The position numbers and the translations under genes were made by a program. A stretch of DNA of 63,612 bases, the filler included, from Lenisia limosa (taxonomy: Eukaryota > Protista > Breviatea): assembly GCA_001655205.1 (NCBI GenBank). It is 15 parts of 15 records of this genome, joined end to end, with 100 filler letters (N's around TTAATTAATTAA, not from the genome) between each part and the next. Parts side by side here need not be neighbours in the genome. Positions count along the whole stretch, not along the records: positions 1 to 4,750 come from LPNZ01000814.1; positions 4,851 to 10,603 come from LPNZ01001148.1; 13 more parts are not named here. The stretch is one strand, 5' to 3'. The notes beneath the pieces are model-generated. The model did not search any database, was not told the DNA's origin, and saw nothing but the letters and a program-made list of their open reading frames with translations. Position 1 is the first letter of the stretch; each line of letters opens with the position of its first letter. Positions 1 to 10,703 of this stretch are shown one piece after another.

Positions 1-1530
1 ACATAATCAAGGAAGTTTGCATCATTATTTCGGCGGCAGTAGTCAGCTAGCTACAAAGTATAAATGTGGGAAAGAGACACCCCTCAAAAGAACCCTTAAA
101 CCAAACCTGAACGATTGCTCTAATGTGCCAAGGAAAGTCAGAAGCAAGCTTGACTAATTCATCAAGACCAAGTTCGTGGACCGGAGCTTCAAGTAGTTCA
201 TCATTATCCACCATCTATAGGGGAGTAAGTCTTCAACCAAGTAGAAAAATAACGCTAACTTGACTCATTGGGCGTATGGCATATGCTGTGCTCTTTTTGA
301 AGTTGCTCTACAAGGTCAATAACCCCACACAGTTGGTGACTTACCCTGGGAAGAATCTGCATTTCCATATGTGTGTGCAATTGAAGAGGCCACTGGAAAG
401 AGTCAACGATGCTATTTGTTTGATGGAACCTTGCATCAAGAGGACCCCCCCCCCTCTCACATCCGAATTAGCATTGACTAAAAGTTGTCGTGTCTGTTTG
501 TACCAGGTATTAAGTTGATCCTCCACGGCTTTGAACTTACGTCCGTGTTGATCCTTCAGTGCCTTCTGTGTAATCTTGAACTTTGACCTGTGTATTTGAG
601 TCAAGAAAGGCAAGAAGCAAACTTGTCCGTCACAGGATTGAGAAGCGAAATATCTGGCTTGAGGAGGTCACCAAACACAGAGCCTGAATAGGCAGAGCCC
701 TAATTTTAGTAAGATATATCGATATACTACATAAATATGATATATATCTATTATATCTATATATATATATATATGATATGTATATACAGAGACCGGGAGA
801 AGGCTTGTCCTTTTTTCCTTGGAAAATCACACAGCAAATCGGTCAAGACTTATCCCGGTTCGCCCTCTCCCACCCTTGCAATAGCACACTGAAGCTCTTC
901 TGCTTGTGTCTCTGCATTTTGTTTCGTAAACCTATGTTGTCAGAGAGTAAATTAGTAACACATGCTTCCGCCCTACTCAGATACAACTCTATCAAACTCC
1001 AGGTCTTCTTCCATCTTTTTAATGAGCTGCTCAGTGTCATCGTCAGGAGGCTTCTGCCCCTTTTTCTTATTCTTTTCTAATAGGTGAGGCTGGTTAAAGG
1101 ATCAAAAAAAGGTAAAACTGATCTAAATAATAATAATAAAAAAAAACACCAGCAAACTTTGAGAAGTAGTCACAACTTCTTCCTCTTCTTCAACAGGCTC
1201 CTCCTCCTCCTCCTCTTCTTCTTCCTCTTCCTCCTCATCATCATCATCGTTATTCATTAGCTAAAAAATAAAAATAAAAACATTGGTAAAGTAACATCAC
1301 TCAGTAAAAAAATATACAAAAATCCGGCTAAAAACACCTTCGGACAGGTAACTATAAAAATAGAGTAGTTACATAAAAAACCTGCTTGCTCACCATTGAA
1401 AACCCTGACTTTTGAACGACAAACGCCTCCTCTTCACAAGACTCCTCACTTGATTCTGTCTCACTTTCACTCTTTTGAGCAAGGATGTCATGTCTGTTCA
1501 GCCGTTTGCGCTGGCGAAGAGACATAGTGA
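1..1530 (-). CDS. Multi-exon gene of unknown function with an acidic D/E-rich segment; boundaries approximate, runs off the window
   Basis: Minus-strand exon-like pieces bounded by GT/AG, e.g. MNNDDDDEEEEEEEE..VVTTSQ (~1160-1260), DDDTEQLIKKMEEDLEFDRV (~990-1045), GSVFGDLLKPDISLLNPVTDK (~630-690). No family recognised. Confidence 0.35.
790..872. mobile_element. Family E short inverted-repeat element (copy 1)
   Basis: ACCGGGA...CTTGGAAAATCACACAGCAAATCGGTCAAGACTTATCCCGGT; the same core recurs at ~33225-33295, ~34080-34125 and ~35594-35670. Confidence 0.6.
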
Positions 1531-1776
1531 TGCCTGAACAGTAGCTTTCCTCCTTTTTTTGACCTTCTATCTTTCTATATAGCTATAGCAGAAGAAGAAT
1601 TAATATCCGGGGAATTAACAAGCAGAGAGGGAGAGAGGGGGGCTGAGAGGGCAAGGCAAGGTAGCGCTGGCGCCAATTTCCTCCCCTGCCACCCCTCTTT
1701 GTCAAGTTAGGTTCATTCAATTAGTCACAGAAGCACAGAAGACACAGGCAGATACAGACAGAAGTCACACACAAAT

Positions 1777-2800
1777 ATGTCAGGACAAGCAGTGCCACAA
1801 GTTGCAACAGTGACACAAGATTGTCTCTGCACTGAAATCATTCGATGGGTTGTTGTTGAATCTCCCTTAAAGCTTGATGAAGATGTCACAACAGAACAGA
1901 GGGAAGCTATTTTTCGAGGAGAAAAGTCAAATAGCAAAGTATCAGAAGAGACACTCGGCAAACTGGAGACGATAGGTTTCTCTATCGGGGAGAAGTTGGC
2001 TGAAAGGTGGGTTGCCCTTTTTAGACGGAAGAAATATATTTCCAGTTATTGATCGTTTTTTTGATTTACAACATAGGGTGCGTGGTCATGATAAGACGAG
2101 GTTTGTTCAACCACTCGATACAATGAAATGGATATGCAAGGACTTTTTTTCGGTTGTTTTCCTTCAGACGATCAGCTCTCTCAAAACTGACCATAAGGTT
2201 GGAGTGATCTGGTTTTTGGTGATAGATATCTTTTTAATTAGTAGAATTCCATAAGGCCCATTGCGGATAAACACTTTTCTTTTTTCCTAATTCGAAAAAC
2301 TCTTCTCTTGACAATGACGACTATAGGGAACATTTAGAGTAGCTGTCGATAACTTCAACTGGTTCCAATACATAACCTCTTCATCCCATGAAGCTTGTGT
2401 AAGATGTAAGATTGGCTCAGATGATCAAATAAGGTCAACTGTAAATATTATGTTGGATTCTGTCACAATATCACCAAAGAAGATGTAAAATAAATGCAAA
2501 AATGTGAACTTAAGTCATCAGAATGATCAGAGCAGAGACAGTATCAAACACAAGTTGCGAGGTTACGATTTTTGTCTTTTATAGAACAATATTTATTCAT
2601 TACAGCTGCATCTTTCTTCTCGGTGTTGGCATGCGGTATCATCCGAGGAGCATTGGCCAACCTTGGTCTCTCATGTACATCTGTAGTGTCAGAAAACAGC
2701 CAATTCCCAGAATGTTTGTGGGGTTGCCATCTTCTGTAAACAGGTAGGCATATCATATGTACTTGTAGGACAAATGATTGCGTAATAGCTGGATGGTAGC
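1777..2800 (+). CDS. TRAPPC6: TRAPP complex subunit 6 (Trs33/TRAPPC6), spliced; 3' end approximate
   Basis: Exons give LETIGFSIGEKLAER|VRGHDKTRFVQPLDTMKWICKDFFSVVFLQTISSLKTDHK|GTFRVAVDNF...LACGIIRGALANLGL..FPEC. This matches TRAPPC6 motifs (KFICKDFW..F.KQIDNLRTNHQG; CGLIRGGLSNLG). GT-AG introns, e.g. 2007-2076. Confidence 0.87.
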
Positions 2801-3291
2801 TCTGCAAGATCCTTTGTTTTTTTTCTCTCGTCTCTCAATATCGCAGAAGATCTTGTGTTTTTATATCTTATCAAAGCGAAAGTGCGTTTGTTATGTTCTT
2901 GAGACAATAAACAGTTGCTATTAATTGATTGACAGGTTCTTACAGTGTTTTTTATTTGCATGTTTCCGAAGGTCACTTAACTTAGGTGCGTTTACCATTA
3001 GAAGCTGAAGGTCACAAACTATGTCAAGTCTCAATCTGGAGTAACCCTTCACCAATAAGAATACCCCATGTCTTATTCAACCTTCTTTTTATTTATTGTC
3101 CCTCGTTTGAGGAATTATTCAACAGTGGACATGATTGGGAAAGAGTTATACATTTTTGAAATCAACTTAAATAGGGAACCTTGTTTTTTTAATTAGCGCA
3201 TCTTCATGCCCTTCAGCTTACGCTCCATCTCCTAAACATCATCAGTGTCTCATAGAAAGACATTTTAAAATAATCGGTCCCATCAGTAAGC

Positions 3292-4158
3292 TTACTCTGC
3301 GTTCAACAACCCAGGGGGCAAGGACAACAAAAGTGGACACGCCGTCCTTGACCTTCTCCTCGAGAACAAACTCAACGTTCTTGTGCTTGTCCTAAAGAAT
3401 GAAAAGCCAGGAGGGGTAAGTTGGTTAAAATGGGGCCAGAAACTCACATCTTCCTCGACTACGACCTTCTCCTCAGCCGCGTCAATCTTCTCCATGGTGT
3501 AGGCGGGGCCCTTGCCAGCACCCTCCTAAAACCATCAATTGTGCTCGGATGGTGGTAAAGAGCTGGGCAATGCAAACCTCTGAAGACTTGACCTTCTTCT
3601 TGTCAGCCTTGGCGGCAACAATGCTGGAGAACTCATGGAGAGCATCAACAACACTAGGGAGGTTCTTGGACTCATAGAGATCACTAAGATATAAGAATTT
3701 GACACAAAAATTTAACAGCATCCAAAGAAATCAAACTCACGGTACAGCGAAGAGTTGCTCAGGTCTCATTCCTTTAAGGTTAAGAAAGAATAACAATCAA
3801 TTTAGAGGGGTGGGAGGGGGGAGGGGGAGAAGCGTCAAACTCCAACAAACCTAAAACAATAGCAGCGTTGATAAACTTCTCAATGTTTTCACGGTGGTAG
3901 GCAGGTTGTGAGCCGCTGTGAATCTTAGGAATGATATTTTCCTGGAAGACATTTGCAATTTGGCAAAGCCTAACACCATCAGAAAGGAGCTCGAAGATGT
4001 CATCAGTTTCGAACTATACAGTAGTAAAAAAAAAAAGTGAATCGGCAACAAACCGAGGTATCGAGAACTTCTTCAAGCCAGGCAACAATCTCAGCACTGC
4101 GGACGAGGAACTGGTAAGCCTTCTGCTTCTTGCGTGAAACAGTCATTTTTCCGTCCAT
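3292..4158 (-). CDS. Small calponin-homology (CH) domain protein with an IQGAP/calponin-type CH domain, about 190 aa
   Basis: Spliced translation MDGKMTVSRKKQKAYQFLVRSAEIVAWLEEVLDTS|FETDDIFELLSDGVRLCKLANVFQENIIPKIHSGSQPAYHRENIEKFINAAIVLG|MRPEQLFAV|SDLYESKNLPSVVDALHEF. ATG at 4158, stop at 3292. Confidence 0.8.
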
Positions 4159-4473
4159 TTTCTTTCCCATTGTAAATTTGAAATAAGTATACGAGTTAAC
4201 GTAAGTAATAAGTGTTAATAATGGTTTTATTTTTCAGGGGACAACATTTTTTTTGCTCAAATAGTCACGTGTACGTGACGCAATTTTCTCTTTCACCCTT
4301 CCCTTATTTTTTCTCCCCTTTTTTCTTTCTTCTCCTCTTCAAAAGCCACTCAAAAGCAAAGCAGAAAAGAGTTTTTTTAAAAAACCAGCACTTAATCAAT
4401 TCAAACACCACTTCCCGTCGGCAAATGTGGCCATCGGTCCTCCGCCCATCGCCAGGTGTCCACCATCAAGAAG

Positions 4474-4750
4474 TATAAAGGTCTTTTTGGCGTTCCATTC
4501 AGGGTATCTTTTAGTTGTCGCATGCATTATTTTGTTTCAACTATAGCTTCATTTTTCTCCCCTGCGTTCCGAATATGACTCGTATACGTTGATATTTTTC
4601 GACTTCAATTCAATAACTTCCAATAATCTTTTCTGCTGATTAGCAATGGCAAAGGCAAGTAAGTTGCCGTGATTATTCATTGAATTTGAATGTATTGCCT
4701 CTCACGAAGTAGTGTTCATCCGTCCTGGGTATGTGATATCGGCCCCCACT
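4474..4750 (+). promoter_or_regulatory. Possible TATA box and 5' end of a gene divergent from the CH gene (ATG 4646, MAKA then GTAAG donor), cut by a linker
   Basis: TATAAA at 4474-4479; ATGGCAAAGGCAA|GTAAG at 4646. Too short to identify. Confidence 0.25.
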
Positions 4751-4850
4751 NNNNNNNNNNNNNNNNNNNNNNNNNNNNNNNNNNNNNNNNNNNNTTAATT
4801 AATTAANNNNNNNNNNNNNNNNNNNNNNNNNNNNNNNNNNNNNNNNNNNN
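4751..4850. other. Artificial contig-joining spacer (first of 14)
   Basis: 44 N + TTAATTAATTAA (stops in all six frames) + 44 N. The 12-mer recurs at 4795, 10648, 13239, 21586, 24369, 27495, 31338, 34217, 38833, 41987, 44171, 45284, 58621 and 61950. Confidence 0.97.
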
Positions 4851-7800
4851 AAAACAAAAAAAAGCCAGGACAGTCGCTTCTGTAAACAATGAAATAATTA
4901 GATTTGTGATACACCTGCTACCAAAACAACGTGTCAGTATAAGAGAACTAACCTGAAGTCGATGACAAGAGCGGTGAGGTCCAAAGAAGCACAGAAGTAG
5001 TCAAGAGGGACAGTGGTGTTGTCTGAGCAGGTGGCACAGATAGTGGGAGTGGTGATGTCGCACTCAGAACACATAACGTTGTTGATACCAGGGATGACCT
5101 CGGCCATGCAAGCGTTGACAGGGTCGACAGTGCACGTGGAGGGAGCGCCAGTGCAGACGTATCCAGGCTGAACCATGCAGGACTTGCAAGCGTCAGTGTC
5201 CTCAATGGTGTCGCACTCCTCACCAGCGTCGATGATGCCGTTGCCGCAAGGGACGTAGCAGCTTTCAGTACCGTCACCACAATAGGTTGAGAAGACGGCA
5301 ACAATGCCGGGGGTAGTCAGCGAGCAGGTCACTTCATCGGAGGTGGTGACTGTGTTGACGTCAGTGAGAGTCCACTGGAGGTTGACAGAGTCATACTTCA
5401 TGCAGGTGTAGCGGCAAAGGGTGCAAGCAGCGTCGAGAGCAGTGAGATTGGCCTTGGCGAAGGCGACAGTGGCAGGGTAGTTGATCTCAGTGGTAGGTGC
5501 GCCAGCAACGGAGGTCAGCACCTCCACGAAGGGGCCAACGGGAACCACAGGGTAGCTGGGGGACAGGTTAGTGCTATCTCCGAAGGCGGTGAGAGTCTCC
5601 TTGCTGATAACGCGGACGTCGTAGACAATGTCATCATCAGACACGGCAACGGTGAAGCCAGCCATGGTGGTGGTGAAGTTGCTGGTCATAGGGACACGGC
5701 GAACAAGAGCCTTGTAGCCGCTGTTCTCGAAGACGAGCTCCTCACCAGGGAAGGTGATGACATTGATGAGAGAGTCCTCCGTGACGGCCAGGACGGTTTC
5801 GCGGACTGACACGTCATTAGAGTCGACGTCGAGACGGCGGAGGTCGAAAGAGGCGCTGATCTCGTCTACAGCAGCCAGGATGCTGTACAGGATCTCGATA
5901 CGCTCCTCAGCAGTGAACTCGAACGCGTCGCTCTGCAGGGCGGCAAGGATGATGTCGAAGGCGTTGGTGATGAGATCGGCATCGAGCTCGACAAGGGTCA
6001 TGGCGGACTTGAGATTGTCGAGAAGGACAGCGGGTTGGATGTCGGCGCTGAACTCGAGGAGGACTGGGAGGAGGTCGGTGACAATGGTCATGACGTCACG
6101 CTTTGACGACTGACCGAGAGAGGTTGCTACGGGGCCAACGGTGTTGGTGAGGGCGGACGGATCGCCGACTTCACGAGCCTCAGTCTCAGCATCATCAATA
6201 ATGTCGGTGGCGTTGGCGGCGGTGAAGGACTCAGGTGGAGTCACGATGAGGGTGGTGGAGGCCATGGCCATGGCACGATCGCTGTCGAAGACGTGGACGC
6301 GGACCTCAACGGTGCTGCTGAGTCCTGAAAAAGGTAAGACATGATGGAAAACGGAGATTTATAGAAGCAAAAATGAAACAGCATTGATTTACTTATTCCA
6401 GATACGTGTCTGTATATGTGGATGGGATTTAAGAATATTGTCCAGAGGCATACCAGCGGCGAGGATGGTAGTCAGGTAGATCTCATCAGACTCTTGAGCA
6501 AGAGGGGTGAGGGTGTCGTCCTCAGTCACGCGGAAGAACTGGTACCTCAAAGAGGTATCTTGACGGTCATCCCAATCGATAGCCTGGATGGGGTGAGTAG
6601 GGTATCAAGAAAAGAAATGGTCTTATTGAATTAAGGGTTGATTATGTATCTGCGATACAAGGCAGAAGAGGGTACATATATGACGAAACATTAATTGTGC
6701 AGAACATAATATGCCAGGCCTGCCTACGGTGAAAGTGACCTCTGTGGTCATTGCGACAGCCTCATCGTGAGAGCACACCACGGACCCGGCGAAGGGAGGA
6801 GAGTTGATCTCGAACATGAAGGAGGACTCTGCGGTTTGGCCATTGGGGTCAGTGACGTCGAGGTTCAGAACGAAGGTCCATGAGGTGGATGGGAGGTTCT
6901 GGGTGTTGATCTGGATCGAGGAATCTGAGCCGCTATCGGCAACAGTGGTGATGTCATCAACGCCTTCGATGCTCCAGGCAAAGATCATGTCAGTCAAAGC
7001 GAAGGGAGACGTCACATCAGCGACGAAGTTCTTGTTAAGAGTCTTGATGGTGGTTTCGGGCTCAATGATGGATGCACTAGGCGCACTGCCGATGGTGGGT
7101 GAGATGATTTGCGACGCCTCAGAGATGACTCCGGAATCAGTGTCAGTAACCGAGAAGGTCATGACGTACTCACCGGGGAGGAACGTGAGGGCCGGGATGG
7201 TGACCTCGTCCGTCTGGGCGAAGACGAGAGGAGTGCCGGTCATATCCTCACAAGCCTTATCGGTGGCAGCGTTAATGCAAGACCATGCCTTGACAAGGTT
7301 CAGTGAGTCAGGAGAAGTGAGAGCGGCAGAAACAACAAACTCGTCAGCTTGGCTGAAGGTTCTTCTCAACCCACCAATGACATTGGCGATGGGGTCGACA
7401 CGTTCTCTGATGACATCAATGGTGACCTTGCTGGACAGGGCAGGGTTGGTGACCATGGAAACAGTGAGAGTGAGCTCGCAAGACACTCCAAAGTCGGCGT
7501 GCTGGGTATCGAGGGTCACACGAGGTCCGTCGGTGTTACCAACAATGAGACTTGGGCATTCGGAAGCCCAGGCGTACTGAACGATACGGTTGCCGCCTTC
7601 GAGACAGCGTGACACACTGACCATGGCGTTGAGACGATGGATTTGGTATGCGGGGAACGCTCCATGCGGAACACCAAGAACCGTGACCACGGGGATGGGC
7701 TGCTCGCTGACGGTGAAGGTGTGCATCACCTCAACAGTGCTGCCGAGATATGATGTGATGGAAAGAGTCGCATTGTAGTCCATGCCGGGACGGAGAAGCT

Positions 7801-10603
7801 CAGCCGCAATGAAGAAGCGGGCGTCGTCAATCTCGGCGCTCTCAATGATGTCGCCGGTGATAGACCATTGGTAGACGGGCTTGCGGCCACCAAGGTTACG
7901 GACGGAGGCAACAAGCTCAAGACCCTCGCCACAGAACGCGACAACTTCAGGTCCGTTGATGCTGACAACCGGCTCGATGAGCTCGGAAGGCGGCTCAATC
8001 ACGGCAGTGCCAACGACAGAGGGAACAGTCTTAGTGGGGCACACTGTCATCTTGGTTCCAGTCAAGACCAGCTCGTCACCAACTACAAAGGTGGCGGTAG
8101 CATCGGGGAGAATGATCAGGGACGATCCTTCATGGTAGACAGGGGAGTTGACACCGACAAGGGCGGCAGATTGTGGGGTGAGAATGGTTGACGCCGGGCC
8201 GGGAATGAAGGAGAAGGGCTTCGACATGGTCAGTCTGATGGTGTGGTCGCTGAGGACCTTAGCACGGATCAACTGGGCGTCCTCCACGTCTTCGCAGGAG
8301 ACGGGGACGGCAAGGCGGGTAGTGTAGCGGTAGTCTTCATCAGCGTCACGGTCCATGAGTGCAAGATCCGCGTCAAGCATGCCCGTGGAAATCTCCTCGT
8401 TGGACGGAATGACAACGGCGTTCTTGAGGAGGCAGTTCACAGTGTCGAGCTGCATGTCCATCGCAAGGAGCATGTTGTTGTTTGAGGTGCGAATAGTGAT
8501 GCCAGGGCAATGGGAAGAGTTGAAGTCGAGGCGGCCGAGGACGGAAAGGAAGGCAGTAATGCTGTTATCGATATCAGGATCGGAGACAACGATGTTGGCG
8601 AAGATGGCAGCGCCGGAAGCACCAGTAGGTATCACCTCACCCTTGGTGACAGTGAAAAGGTCGGGGACATTCTGGACGCTGACCTCGCTGAAGGCGCTGT
8701 CGGAAGAGACAACCAGGCCATCGACGTCAAGGGCAGCAATGGTGAAGGTCACAGTGAAGCTCTGGAGGGAGTCCTTCAGGGGCTTGACACGAAGGCCGTA
8801 GCCGAGGAGTTCAATGACGTCATCGAGGTCACCAACGTAGCTCACCATGTCAGCAAAGGCCATGCCTTCGAAGGCAGCCTTGCCACCGTCGCCGGCAACA
8901 AGCTCAACACGGACTTGATGGGGCTCGCTTCCGACCACAGCCACGGAGCTGTTGAGACGGCATGACGTGCTGTCCTCTAGACAGGTCACGGAGGTGTCGA
9001 GAGTGGCAATGAGATCAATGTTGAAGACACCGAAGCTTCCGAGAAGAATGGCGTCGCCAGTGGCCTCCTCTGAGGTGCCGTACAGAGCGGTGGCGCCGTT
9101 GCCGATCACGGGACGGCAGATGGTGGTACCGATGGTGAGAGAAGCGCCAGTGGCCTGGACAACAGCGGTCCACTCGTCGTTGGCAGTCCATGATCCCGAA
9201 AGGTTGAGACTGCTGATGTCGTCCGTGCAGTTGAGGGCCATGTTGACTGAAGCGGTCACGTCAATGTCGAAGGTGACGGTAATGACGTCTCCAACGGAGA
9301 GAGCGTTGTCAGCGTTATCGGGGTCGGAAATGACGAGACTCGTCATTCTGGGGCGACTGGCCATGGTCATGAACTGGACCTCTAAAGAAGTGAGACCACG
9401 GTGTGTCGAGAGCGGTGTGTAATGAATAAAACAATGCTGTGAATGAGGTTTAACGATGATACCAGCCCACCATCAGCGGGGCCGGAGCCGGCAATATTGG
9501 TAGCAAAGACCTTAACGTCGATTTGAGTGTTTTCAACAAGACCGAAAAGGGTGGTGGAAGTATCAGCCTAGAAAGGTCAAAAGATTGTTGTGGAGAAAGA
9601 GTATTTGAAATAGAGAGCATATACTACTTCAGAATAAAACCTATGGATACTAGCAAAAAAAAAAAAAAAAAAGATAGATATCTGCTGATAGAGAAGCAAA
9701 TGCAATATAGAATCATACCATCATGTTGGAAATGATTACTTCATCATCGGCGAAAACGGTAACAATGTAGACCGCGGCGAATTGAGAGGGATTCCACTTG
9801 ATCATAGCAGTGGTGGTGGTGACTGCCTCAGCAACAAGGCCTAATTGGAATTACTTTTGCTAAATAATAGAATGTCAATGATATATGATACACTATACGG
9901 CTCTCAACTAATCATAATCTCGAAAAAAATTAAACAGTGCGTACCAGTAACAGTGAGTGGAATAGGAACACTGGTTGTGAAAACAGCAGGATCAGACAGG
10001 GGTGAGCAGACACCATCCATGCAGTAGCTAGGGGGTTAAACAAAACTAAGGTGGATGCAAATTTGAAGAGGGGGAAATCATAAAAACAAATCAAAACAGT
10101 CAAAGCCTACTTGAAGGTGATGGAGTATTCGGTATTGGCGGTGAGAGAGGCAACCTCCTCAATGTTATCCTCGATGCTCAAAACAACACTGCCAGTGCTG
10201 CCACTGGAAATGTTGGCTTGGATATCAGCTCCAGAAGGAACCGGGAACTCAACAGTGACTGCGTTGGTACCAATTTTGCTGATGTAGGCAGGAGAAGGCT
10301 TGGCAAGGGGCTTGGCAAGGGTAGTGATCTCGACGTCGCTGGCTGCGGGGACGATAAAGTCGGAAGTGGACACGAGAGTGACAGAAATGAGGTAGTGAGT
10401 CAGAGGCTTGAGTCCGGAGATGGTGGTGCTGGTCTCTCCAGAAGCGACAGGGAACCGAAGAACGGTTGCTCCACTCTTGGCCAGGACAATGTAGCTCTTG
10501 GCGGCGGAGTTGGCGGTCCAGGCAACAAGGAGGGAGTTGTAGGTCACATCAGAAGCTGAGATTCCAACGACTGGGCTGGGAGGGGCTTCCTGGGGGGGGG
10601 GGG
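4851..10603 (-). CDS. Large surface/secreted protein: FN3 repeats, Ig/PKD-like region, REJ domain, GAIN/GPS-like region, Cys-rich (Myxococcus-type/DUF4215-like) repeat; truncated at both ends
   Basis: ORFs 10107-10547 (TYNSLLVAWTA..TISGLKPLTHYLISV, FN3), 6623-9370 (YAWASEC, NSPPFAGSVVCS..AMTTEVTFT|AIDWDD, REJ-like) and 4934-6271 (CMKYDSVNLQW..VTCSLTTPGIVAVF, GPS-like; CGNGIIDAGEECD). Strong C/G-ending codon bias. Confidence 0.85.
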
Positions 10604-10703
10604 NNNNNNNNNNNNNNNNNNNNNNNNNNNNNNNNNNNNNNNNNNNNTTAATTAATTAANNNNNNNNNNNNNNNNNNNNNNNNNNNNNNNNNNNNNNNNN
10701 NNN

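Noticed and set aside
4948-9422. Many long antisense and alternative-frame ORFs (e.g. 6804-7580, 8355-8801, 8952-9422)
   Set aside because: Shadows of the strongly biased codon usage of the real minus-strand gene; no recognisable motifs.
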